Positions 52,490 through 64,000 of a stretch of 64,000 nt of DNA are shown piece by piece. The position numbers and the translations under genes are program-made. Below the pieces are notes generated by a model, which did no database searches, had not been told where the DNA came from, and saw only the letters and a program-made list of their open reading frames with translations. Numbering within the stretch: the first letter of the stretch is position 1; every line of letters begins with the position of its first letter. The DNA lies in assembly GCA_002633005.1 (NCBI GenBank), contig NMRA01000189.1:486339-550338 (forward strand), in the 5' to 3' direction. The stretch is from Phoronis australis. Lineage: Eukaryota > Animalia > Phoronida.

Positions 52490-53644
52490 AGACTCGTCGT
52501 AAAACGAAAGCAAAAAAAAAAGACCAACAGGGGCGCAAAAAGGCCAAATCCATCCAAAACTGGGCAAATTTCATTAATAACTTTTTAGGATCTTGGTAAA
52601 GATTGCGGCATGCGTACATATGGTCTAAATGCCACTAGAGGACGCCACAATAATTAAACTCAGCCCAAAATCAACGTCAGCCGTGCCTTACTACGACAGT
52701 TGCCGACATATATTTTGTATTGAGTGCACAAGTACATGTACGCTGACGGATTAGTCCATCGAAGATTAGTACTAGTTCACTTGTTACATTCGAATATTTG
52801 ATAAAGGTTATGTAGGACATTATCCACAAGTTTGAAATTTAAAAATACTTACAAAACTATAGACTACAGAATTTGATTTTTGACTGTTTACCAATCTGTT
52901 GCTAATTAGGTCTTGAGGAAATTGTTGACAACAATTGCCAGGAAACTTGTTTACTTGTGTTTTTGAATGAGAAAAGCCAAGTTTTACCTACTTTTGATGC
53001 AAACTGGTGGCTGTCATTTGCTATCAACCCCTGTCGTCTGCTATCCGAGAAACGGGGTGTGATTTCAGGTGGCTGTCACACAGATCAAATTTGCCAAAAA
53101 AGTAGCTAGTAAGAGGCTTACTATGACCACATAGTTAGAATCTAGTGAGGACGAGTATTTTGAATCTGTAGTCAGACTTTTTCTAGCTCTTGCAGGGAAA
53201 TGGTTATTTCGGGGAGAAAATTGTCAAATTTGGCGGGTTTTTTGACTGTTTACCAATCTGTCGTTACTTAGGTCAAGTGGCTATGCTGTTTTAAGACAAT
53301 TTGGCAAAAAAACGAAAGACATGTTTAAATCAAAACAACGAGATTGTTTCGTTTTCGTCTTTTTAAATAAAAAATACAAGTTGTTTTTTAAGGTCCCTTC
53401 GTGCAACAGTGGACCATTTTAAAAACAGTTCGTAACAATGTTTTGGCGACGCCTTATTCAATGAGTCGCCATTTTGAAATTGAGCCTCTTTTTGGTTTTA
53501 AAAACAATACATTCTGCGCAAAGCGTTATTTCACGTGCTTCGTTATATTTTTGTCTCAACTGCATTGTTTTTTAAAACTAAAAAGAGGCTCATTACTGAA
53601 ATGGCGACTGGTTTCTCCGACGTGTAAGTGCATTTGATGGACAA

Positions 53645-54594
53645 CAGTGGCGGATCTAGGATATCACAAGGAGGGGGGGGGCAACATTTTGTCCGGCTGT
53701 AAGCATTTGCGCAAACCACGATTGTAGATGCGCACAGCACCGAATGGGGGGAAATTTTTCTGTTTTTTCCTCTAAAAATCAAGCATTTTCCTTGATTTCT
53801 GATGTATTATCCAAGAAAAAAGGCAAAAAAAAAAACGTGTCACACAGGAAAAACTGCGAATTCCACAGACTCGAACTCACGCCCTGGCTGATCAAGACGC
53901 GCGTGCTTTACCACTACACCACCACGATTTCACTAATGGACTTAAACTAACAAACCTACTTTTTTATGGTCCACAGCGTTCGCGCGCGAAACCTACTTCT
54001 TTTTGTAATGCTTATTAAACGTTTTATATTTTGTGCAATCGGTTCTTAACAAATTTGTTGTATTTAAAGTAGTCTTCGAATGCCCAAAAGACCAAATCCG
54101 TTTTTCGTGTTGGCAATAATGACGGGATTGCTCTGGAAATCGTCTTAAGTTAAGGTTTGACAAAGAGTCACTAAGGCTTCGATTAAAATTCACATCTTAC
54201 CAGCAGCTTCTGTTTTTTCATCGTCACTCAGGTTCCATTTTCTTTAAAAAATGAAGTAAATTTTCTTCATTGCACATTGAAGCAGACGACGGAAACGGAG
54301 TCGTAGTGCGCATTGCCACTGCCGGTCGCCTGGGATATCGCGGATAGCTTACACTTAGCCATAGTTCCGTTACGAATGCGCCGTGTTCCGAATTTGACAC
54401 TTGAAGTTGGATCTGAGCCCCCCCCCAAACACTAAAACTGCACACATTTAAATCTTTTTTCATCCGTATAATTTTAATTACCGGGGCAAATTAATAAACT
54501 CAACATTTCCCTACGCTCTTGCTGTTTTATTTTTTTGGGGCAGCCAACGGGGGGGGGGGCGGGCCCCCTGGGCTCCCCCCTAAATCCGCCTATG
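53645..54594. mobile_element. 950-bp non-autonomous element with 5-bp TSD and internal tRNA-like cassette
   Basis: GACAA|CAGTGGCGGATCTAGG...CCTAAATCCGCCTATG|GACAA; minus-strand TGGTGTAGTGGTAA...GAGTTCGAGTC at 53864-53928. Confidence 0.88.
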
Positions 54595-55149
54595 GACAAA
54601 TATGGTACATTGTGATGTACAATTGGTGAGAACGTATTTGTCAAGCACATATTGAGTATAAGCATCAGCTTCAATTACGACTGAGATAGTAATGATTGCA
54701 ATTGCACTACTTTATCACAAGTCTATTTTTGTCCGAGATTTTGTGGGAATGCATGCATATACGTCAAAGCTAAATAGAAGAAAAATAGTTTGAAGTCACG
54801 GCCGTAGGTAGTACAGAGGTTGAAATCGGGTACTGGACCGATTAATCGGCGAATCACAGCGGTACAAAGCTTTTAAAATTTTGGGACAACACAGAAGCGA
54901 GTACATGTATCATTTACTAGAACTAAAATCCAGTTAGCATCACAATAATTACTAGATATGATCGTTCCTAACAAACGTACTCGGCATTCGCCAAGAAAAG
55001 AAATCAATGGCTGCTATTCACGACTGGGCTTCGACAGTCAGGGTGAAAAAATTCGGCTAGTTTTATAATTCGCATCATACATTAATCGGCACTAAAGTAG
55101 TAAGAAAATCTAAGTGTGATCACAACAGGGATATAATTGCGAATGACGT

Positions 55150-55599
55150 CATCTCTAAAATCAGGACTGTCCGCAAATTGAGAAATTTTCCACTCGGCTT
55201 CACTCGCCGAAGACCCAGGTGCAGGAGGGTCGCGATCGTACAGCCTCAAACACGCAAAGTCTGCTGATATGACGAGGTCTAACTCATTATCTGTTTCACC
55301 TAGGACCTGAGTGCCGTCTTCGCCCCAATCTCCACACCTGTCTTCGTAATACTCGTCAAGATCACCCTCTGAGCTTTCGTAATCATCCGACATTGCAAAT
55401 ATACTTTCAACTGATCAACGCCTTCCACCCATGGACGACCACGTAGCGGGAAACCAAAAAGTTATTAATATGTCTTTAAAATTCAAAATTCCTCAATTAC
55501 TTCCCTTAATAAGTGTTTGTTTAGTTAAAGCTTGTGTTATAAAATTATTATGCACGGTCTAAAACTTCAAAAAGTGCAAAAACCTATTGTAGGAACGCG
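55150..55599 (-). mobile_element. Possible piggyBac 5' fragment with acidic transposase N-terminus
   Basis: MSDDYESSEGDLDEYY... ORF start at 55393; degenerate end ggaacgcg|TTAA. Confidence 0.35.
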
Positions 55600-55640
55600 T
55601 TAAGCAGATAGTATTTCGTCGTCCGTTTTGTTGTCGTTAA

Positions 55641-56403
55641 CCCTCTTACGGCAGAGACGACTGTTGATTTCTAAGTTCCGCATCACCAAATGGCGAGACT
55701 TCTCCATTGGGCTCGTTGTCCGTTTCCAATCAGTTTCGGAACTGTGGCATGGCCGAGAAGGAGATGCAGCTTAAGTCTGCCGTTACACGGAAGGGGTAAC
55801 ACACTGCACGTGAGAATCTGACTCTAGGAGCTTCGGTGCTTGCCAGCGGGGAGCTGGCTAAGTCGTCCAGATAAAGGCAAGGTTTGGGGAGTGAAGCCCT
55901 GAAGTGCTGCGTCATTTAAATGTAAGTATCAGTGCTCAAACCCCTAGGTTGGTCCAACAAGAGCAGCTCTTAGTGACCATTGCAAACCTGGTTGCAAACA
56001 TTGACTATCTTCCCTTGCTTGAAGAAGAATACTCAGTAGAACGCGATGCAGAAACTGCTGGCTTACCAGCAGCGCTCTCTGTCGGATGTCTCAGACATTA
56101 AGACGAACGTTTTTAAATCTCTGGTGGGAGATTTCAGAAACAAGATTCAGTTGACAACTTGCTAATGAGGACCTTGCTTAGTTTGTTCATACGTTCTTTC
56201 TCAGTGACATTTCGGACGACAAACAGAATGATATGTCAAAGAAATTGGCAGTCGTTAGATAATAACGACATGACAATAGTAGTAGGGCCTAATGGGAAGG
56301 CGATGATCAACACCTTTAAATTAGGCTAATTTAGTTTACACGGTACTAATGCTATTGTTGACCAAGCGAACAAGCTAATTAATATCCGCCGGAAGGAGAT
56401 GGG
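55641..56403. mobile_element. piggyBac-like non-autonomous element
   Basis: TTAA|CCCTCTTACGGCAGA...TCCGCCGGAAGGAGATGGG|TTAA, imperfect TIRs. Confidence 0.55.
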
Positions 56404-57337
56404 TTAAGGCTGACATAAACCCTGGGAATATCACTATCTGGTTTTGACTTCAATGCCCTTCACTGATTTCTTGCAGTTGAATGATACAAAATAATGTCAA
56501 AAAAAGTAAAGGCGATCAACGATGTGTATAAAATGGGGTCTTAATTGGTCGGGGTGTCACTAGAGTTACATTGTCACGAGACATATTTTGGTGCTCTGTC
56601 CTACAGACGTGGTTATCGGAGTGGCGGACGTGGCAGAATGCAGTGGGCTTCCGCCCCGTCAAAAACGCCGGCTCGGCACTCAAGAAGTAGAGCAGTTCAG
56701 CCTCGATTTGAGCTGATGGGTTGAAGAAATGATTATAAAAAAACAAGCATATATTAACGCTGCTTATGGCGACGTGGTTTATCTGCGTTCATTTACCTCT
56801 GTTTGGCGCCGGAAAAGTTTGGTTCTTTTAATTTATTAATTAGCGACTAGTTGCATTGACACAAGCACTTGATAAGTTCATAACCCTAAATGGTACGAGA
56901 AATAATGGCGAGTTGTTCACCATGTGTTATTGTGGGTGGGCTAAAGCAGTGCCGGTGGGACCGGAGTTCGAACCCTGTTATGACACTATTCACCTCGGTA
57001 CGAGTGTATAGGAATTTGAATGAGTATGTCTGTTGGTCTCGCACGCAGCCTCTGCGTGGGGAAGAGAAGAGACTATTTCTTAGTTGTGTTATGACAAGTA
57101 AATGTGTTTGATCCTCTACTTTCAGCAAAATTTTCAAGACTACGATGCAAGGTGCCGGTGTAGAGCTAGCTAAATAAGGCTCACAGTATGCATGTACGTC
57201 ATTGTGGTGGGGCAGCCTCCAACTCCAAACAATGCGGTGTGGCTTTGGAAAAGAGTTCGAAGATTAGTATGTTTTCAATAAAGTTGTGTCTTCTGTGTTG
57301 AAGTCTCATTTGAGGACGGAAGTTGTATGACGTAATA

Positions 57338-57650
57338 GAATTTCCCAAAACAAACAAGACTTCGTTAAAAATTAATGTGCGTTATGAATTTTACTATGTC
57401 GTCATGTAACTGGCATCTGAAAGGACGAGATGACCTCCAAGCAACCCTTGCATACTTTTTGCGTAGCAGCTAAATAAATGCTCGTGTATAGCAAGGGTAG
57501 TGCTTTGTAGTATTTGACCTAACTTCAGTGAATTGTTGAAGGCTGACTGGTGATGTGCGGGTTGCACACAGCTGTTTAGTCATACCACTTGCTATATGAC
57601 TACAAAAAAATATTAAAATTTAACTAAGTCTTGTTTGTTTTGGGAAATTG
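57338..57650. mobile_element. MITE with ~38-bp TIRs and TA flanks
   Basis: aatttcccaaaacaaacaagactt.gttaaa / tttaactaagtcttgtttgttttgggaaatt. Confidence 0.8.
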
Positions 57651-58139
57651 TACCTAAAGGTTGCTCGTTCTTCGCTGATGTGTGGTGAATACCTTTCTCA
57701 TCTCCGTCTTACAGCTTGTGTTGACTATTCGCTACTCTATCTCTACCGTATGAGCTCGTCATTCATGGGAGGCTCGTTTGATGCAGTGTTGTCGTAAACA
57801 GAATAAGCGGTTCAAACCAATGCGCCTCGAAAATTATCCGTCTGAAACCGGGTTGGCTGGATCGGATCGCAACTCAGGTTTAGTTTTCACGGAACAATTC
57901 GTCATTAGATTCCACATTTCCCTCGGGTACTCGATTATCATTTTTTGCGGAGTGAGACTGCAACTTTAGGATACTGCTACTCATTTATATTGTACCCCCA
58001 AAAACAGACTCATTCGTTGGGAGCCTAATTAAACTCACCCATTTTAGAGCTTTGTTCAAGAAACACTAAACTTTTATAGGAGGAATTTCATAAAACCTAT
58101 AAATCCTTTCATAGGTTTTGTTGAACAGCTGGCTTTTAA

Positions 58140-58493
58140 GGGGGTACCAAACCCGGTTTTGGATTATTAAGTTACTAAAAACGACCTTCCCAACCAGTTC
58201 TATAAAGAAAAACAATGCTCAGTAACCCTCCACAGCCCTCAAAAGTTCGGAGCAAAAGTTGAAAATTGCTAAGTCTTCTAAACAGGCAAGCGTGACCTAC
58301 GCTTGAAGCGAGTTATGCGACAACTGCAGTGAAAGACCACCCTCCAAGAGCCATAAGACCCAATCTGTGACACAGAAAGTGTGAATTTTAAGTTGAGTTC
58401 TGCTGTAATCATTCAAATGGGACCCCAGTGATGAATTATCACGCGACATAACGAAAATTGGTTGAAATAGTCAAAATAGGGTTTAGTATCCGT
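58140..58493. mobile_element. Kolobok-type MITE
   Basis: TTAA|GGGGGTACCAAACCCGGTTTTG...CAAAATAGGGTTTAGTATCCGT|TTAA. Confidence 0.65.
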
Positions 58494-60282
58494 TTAACTA
58501 TTAGGTCTAAAACAATACAAGCAGACACGCCATGCTGTCAAAATGAGGATGTCTTTGCCTATCTAAGTTTTAAGAATTGACAATGTTAAAACTCCCTCTG
58601 AAGGTTTATATAGTTGTTAACATGAACGTTTTGTAAAGTTTCGAGTTCTTAACGTGAACCTATTTGTGCAAAATAAAACGAGAAGACACCCTTTGGCAGG
58701 ATAACTCTTCTTGTAACAATCACCCTTCTGAGCGATAGGTCCGCTATATACATGTACATAATTGTTTCAGCAAGCTCAACAAGCACTAAAATTAGTTAAA
58801 CCCTTGGCGCAACTAGACCACGACTGAATGCACATCAAACATTTTAATTAGGCCAGCTCAATTTTTGGAATTAAAGTACGGGCGCCCTAAAATTATCAAA
58901 GCGATGGTAAATAGAATTATAAGCCTCGTGTTATTGGCGAGACATATGTGCGTAAATTTAACGTCGATCTGATAGAAATGCGACCAAACAAACAAGAAAA
59001 TTACAAGACAGAGTAACATTCTGGCGGAAAAATTTCGCTTAGTAAAAAGAAAAAACAGTTGTAACATTTGGAACAAAGAAACCAAACAAAAAATCAAGTA
59101 CAGGACAGAGTAATATACTTGGGAAAAAATCGTCAAGTAAAAAGATAACCAGTTATAAAATTAGAAACAAAGCGAGATAACCTACTGTACGCAACCGGAG
59201 GACAGGTTGACTGGACCCATTCGCTTCAGTAGTTTCAGTTCGCCAGACGACAGTGCGTCTATCGATATTAGTCGTGACGAACATCAGTTTTTACGGGAAT
59301 CATCGTTGTTCTGAGACCCCCAAACAAACATGGCCAGCCAACTCATTAATCTCATTCCCATTATACTGAGAGCACGAATGTCAAGCAAAGATCACGAAAG
59401 CTAAAACAACACACAGCCAGAACAATGCGGCAATAACAACACTGATTACCACAGGACGTCGTTTCCAATCGTAAGCATTCGATTTATAGTCGCGCCTGAC
59501 GCTCTTTTTATGTGCATTTATGTCTTCATTCAGAGTTGAATTACGATAATTGACACTGGGCCAAAATAATCCAAAAAAGTCTGCACATGTTTTACTAGAA
59601 TAACGTGATTGGTCTAGACTACGGACTTAAGCGTGTAGTTCGCTGTTCACGTTCGTATAAAGTACGTTTCTCTCACATGCATGAAACACGACACGTCATG
59701 TAGAGGCCTCCATAAAATTATGCACAAGATATGATCGCTGCTTACCTTTGATGCGCGCTGTCACGAGCCGGCTTTAATTAATGAAGCGCTTCACGTTCTG
59801 TCACCAGTTTATATGTAGTCGCCTCCTCACCGATCACGTGTCAATTTAATTGGTCGATGATGGTATTTTCGCGGTGATTTATTTCTTCGCACAACACGGC
59901 AAATTTAATTTTCTGGTAGACAGTACCACCGTCTGAGCTGGGCCAGCACAACTTTAGGATGATACGTATCGGTTCCATGGGCGGCGCAGCACTGAAAAAA
60001 ATAGGGGGCTAAAGCCCACCCCTGCCCCCTATGGTGTGCCGCCCGATGCTTTGTCGTAAATAGCGAATTGTCGCCCTATTTAAACATTTGACGAATGGCA
60101 ACACGTGAAATGATTGGATTGTCCTGAATGATAACGCCTCCAATTGTGCCCATCATGCAACTGATAGATATACAGTGTATGGGAGCGAAGGCACGCCTGA
60201 CAAGAATCTTAGGCGTTGCACGCATTCAAGCCTATGGGTTGCGACCCCCGGCATATAATAGGCCATTGTCCATTCGACTCTA

Positions 60283-63200
60283 TAGGAAGCCTAGAAAATC
60301 ACTTCCGTGGGTACTTTTTGGGGGCAAGATAATTTTGGTGCTTTTAAGGTCATTAAGTACTATACTTCAAGAATCTAAAAAGTTCCCAAAGTTTGTCCTA
60401 AAAAATCTCACTTTTTGCAAAATTTGGCACAGAAAACCAAACTTCAAAAGCAACAACAACCTGAATGATAATTTGATTGGGTTTTGTTTTGTGCATTTGA
60501 AGTTACTGGACAAGAAAATTGATAAATATTATGACATTTGGTGGAAAATTGCTCAAAAAAAACAAATAGCAGCACCTCCTGTTGGCCAGAAAACATACTA
60601 CTATATTCTGAACTACCGGAAGAAAAATACTAATGTTAACCATTTGGAACTTCATAAAGACTTGATATCACAACCTACATATGAAGAACATACATTTCCA
60701 ACGTTTCTGTAACGAATCCACAGTCATCACATTCATTAATTGTCACAATTAACTATCATTATCCACATGGCAGTTCATAGTCAACTGTCACAGGGAACGA
60801 TACACCATTCAGTCCTGACATCTACGAACATGATAAATTGTAAATATTTTCCATTAGGTTACAAATTTAAGGTTTTTTAACAACATGGCACACACATTTT
60901 GTTTGTTCATCCACTCCATTGTTTTTTTATCCCATACGCGTTGAATCTGTTGAGGGAAATACGGCCATGTAATAAAGTTTTCCGTATTCACCTCCCGCAC
61001 TACTTCAACAGTGACCTCTGACATGGAAAGTTCAAAAGGTAGGTCAATGTCGACTCGACGTCGTTAGCCGGTTCGACCACCAAACTTTTGGAAAATAGTT
61101 TAAGGTAAATAACGCTCAACATACAATCAGGTCTCAATCGTAACATCTGGAACAGGTCTGTTAATTTTTTGACAGTTCTGTCTCAGTTTTCATTTGCTAA
61201 ATATTTTATCGTCTGCAACTCAGGCGCAGATTCCTTGGTAACTACAAATATTGTTGTTATTTAACTATTTTCAGGAGATGTTACGAGTTCAATGAAAAGT
61301 TACCATTGTTTTAATCTTTGATATCTCTTTTCAAGCAATAAATCGTCAAATTCAAAACTGTTTCTTTTACTAGAACAAACTTGCAGCCTAACGCGCAAGT
61401 ACATACATATAGGATGTAATCCGCCACGTGAACAGTCTAAGTGAAATATTTAAAAATCTGCGGAAAAAAACGAAAGAAACTTAGGAATTCGAAGCGTATG
61501 GGATAAATACAAAACGTACCTCGATTTGCGTAAATGAAGTAATATACCACTCGACATTATTCCTCGTATCGACTTGGACCTCAAGCTTTGGTCTCAGTCG
61601 AGACGCGGAATAATACTCGTGGGATATCACTTCATGTACGCCACTCTCGGTACGTTTTGTGTATATATTCGTCATTATTGTCATTAAAAGTTGTTTCTTG
61701 AGACACCGTATTCACAATCTCGACAGTCACACAACTTTGAACAGGGCCTGCCTGACTTCAAACAAGAACACGTGTACTACAACCACTCTTTTTACATTTG
61801 CAATTAACATTTTTCACGACATTTTCTGGGGCTAAAAGCAGAGTCATCCAGTGGAAATTCAGACTACCCTACTCCAAAAGTCACCCGTTGCCAAGTACTG
61901 ATGCGCTGACATGCTGTTGCAAGGCTCGTTTGTGAATGGCACACTGGTAGTTTGCTCTTTTGGCATGTACCAGCAAACAATCATGATTAGGAGGCAGAGA
62001 TGATTCTATCACATATTTCAACCTGAATATGTGATAGCGTGCTTTGTTAACTGTTGCATGCAAAATGTTCAGTGTCTTCCATGAGTTGACCAGGAAACGC
62101 AAAATAATGTTGAGCCCAACTTTAATGACAATGTTTAAAAAATATCTCTGCAAGCCTCCACCTCACTCGGAATAATTTTTTTGTCAACCTGAATAGCGCT
62201 TCATCTAAACACTTCAGCCTTGTTAAGGTAATCCTTAATTTTACTAAAACAGATAACCAAAATGGTCTTCACTTTAGCACCTTGGCCAACAAGTGCAATT
62301 TTATTTTGTCAAGTAAGCATTTAAGAGAAATGAGCAGCATTACTAGCATTGATTGCACTGTACAGTTGCCAATTTAAGACATAGAAAAATTATTAATGTC
62401 TTTAATACCGTAGTTCAGCCTTTGAAAATAGAGGACTGGTCATTTTGGCAATAGTTTTTGTGTGAAATTGAAAAGCGTCTTTCTTAACGTAGAGCTAAAC
62501 TTTGTTTTGACGCTTCCTGTTTTAGATAGCACATAACTAGAACAGTAAAAAAAATTCTACACAAAAAAGTCTCCAATTCAAGAATCTCCAAAATGTGAGA
62601 CACTGAAGTCTGAGCAACTTTTGAATTTTCAAGATAATGAATTACAGAACACGGGCAATATTTGCATTTTCATGTTTCTCAATTTCCAAACACAGCTCAT
62701 GTTTTTACATAAAAGGGTCAGAAGTTCATAAAGAGCAAGGCTGATCACTCACATGTAGGAATAAACTACAGCCAGTATCTTTGAGATTGGGACAGCTAAT
62801 ACTGTAAATTTATCGAGCAAACTAATTCTTTTTTCTCTGTCCCAAACTAAAGATTTTTACCATAAATGATGGTTTTTCGAATTGAGGCCTATTTACAAGT
62901 GTATGTTTGGAAATAGGACAGCTTTTCAAGTTTTCTTTTGTTTGTGAAGTTATCAGTGATGGACTTTGATTTGTGGCAAATGATTCATTGTGGTGACATC
63001 ACATATACATTTCTTTAAGCACTGTTAAATGGAACTGACAGTGACAATCTCCTTCATTTTCTAGTAGAGGTTCAACATCGTTTCCTTCATCAGCTGTTTC
63101 GATTTTTGATGTATCCATTAAGTGTCTGTTATACTGATTGTGATAGAACAGCTATGTTTTTTCCCAAAAACTTAAAAACTTCTCAGCAATAATACCTTTC

Positions 63201-63780
63201 TTGCACTCAAAGTTGATCCATATGTTTTCTTTAGACTACGTTAAATCTGAAAATTCCAGGAGCTCATAATTTTGAGCAGAATCTGAGACGTGAATGCAAC
63301 AAGGAGCAGACATCTTGCCAGTCTCTTGTGAAGTCGCATACTCATTCAATAATTCATGGTTTCAACAGCGTCCTAGCTGGCCCAAAACTGCTGTTTGCAG
63401 AAGCACAAAATGATTCAGGAACACGCCAGGAATTATATGTATGTCAGTATGATGACACTTGCCACCTGACTTGGCTTTCTTCAATTCCAGTCTACTGACT
63501 GCTGGTTTATGAGCCTTGATCCCTTGGTAATTGCCAATTACTTGCACACCCATCCAAGAATTAACACTTTTCAATGTAGACAGTAGCTTTAAACAAGTTA
63601 GCCAAGCCAACAGAATAACATCAGTTGGCTGTCCTCTGATAAATGCTTTTATGAAGCAAACAACTTTGGAGTGGGAAAGATACGGACCCAATATTTTCCT
63701 GGCATTTGATTGGGTGTTCTGATCATTTTGCGCCGACACCCGGTGGCTAACATTTTAGTTTAGGCTAAAATTTGTCCAAC
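60283..63780 (-). mobile_element. AcademX transposon remnant(s): XPG-like/Cys-rich C-terminus and TAG terminus
   Basis: About 61690-62060: VNKARYHIF..LPPNHDCLLVHAKRANYQCAI..W..AP..NCKCKKSGC..SC.K..CSKLCDCRDC; terminus TAGGAAGCCTAGAAAATCACTTCCG at 60283; possibly two elements. Confidence 0.7.
61503..61667. mobile_element. Fully palindromic hairpin element (Crypton-like non-autonomous style)
   Basis: Arms tacaaaacgtacc..atgaagtaatat..attattcc.cgt.tcgact..gacc and their reverse complement around a ~9-nt loop. Confidence 0.75.
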
Positions 63781-64000
63781 TTTTAAATTAAAATTATTAT
63801 TAAACGTGCAAGTGTATTCTTGGGAATCTCGTCACGAACTGCCACAACACGGTTTACATGGCAACTGAAAATCATGGCTCACAGAATCGTGCAACAAGGA
63901 ACTGGTCCATGCAGTACAAATGCACTACTCGTTCATAACATTACTCGGAATAGAAGGCCATGGTCTTATAGGCCAAATTATGCGTTTTTGAGAATACTTA

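Noticed and set aside
60128-60712. 194-aa ORF as a host gene
   Set aside because: It runs through an Academ-like terminal region, has no recognisable domain and is AT-biased.

Overview
Eukaryotic (animal, most likely marine invertebrate; AT-rich, frequent TACATGTA) draft-assembly window with two N gaps and one single-N join. Only one convincing host gene was found: a divergent class A peptide-type GPCR with an uninterrupted CDS (30608-31753, minus strand). Most of the rest is a dense, nested set of decayed transposons: a near-full CR1-type LINE with a degenerate 2A motif, an L2/Crack 3' fragment, two or three Penelope-like fragments with hammerhead ribozyme motifs, ISL2EU, Kolobok (including an odd element built from two left ends), AcademX remnants, a P-like element, a MITE family with 5-bp TSDs, solo LTRs and several tRNA-derived cassettes. 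There is also a 56-bp palindromic satellite and a 1.7-kb tandem duplication that may be an assembly artefact. The best candidate for an undescribed system is a tRNA-derived Pol III head followed, with no terminator in between, by a core-intact hammerhead ribozyme (13510-13752). All alignments, translations and family assignments were done by eye; no searches were run.
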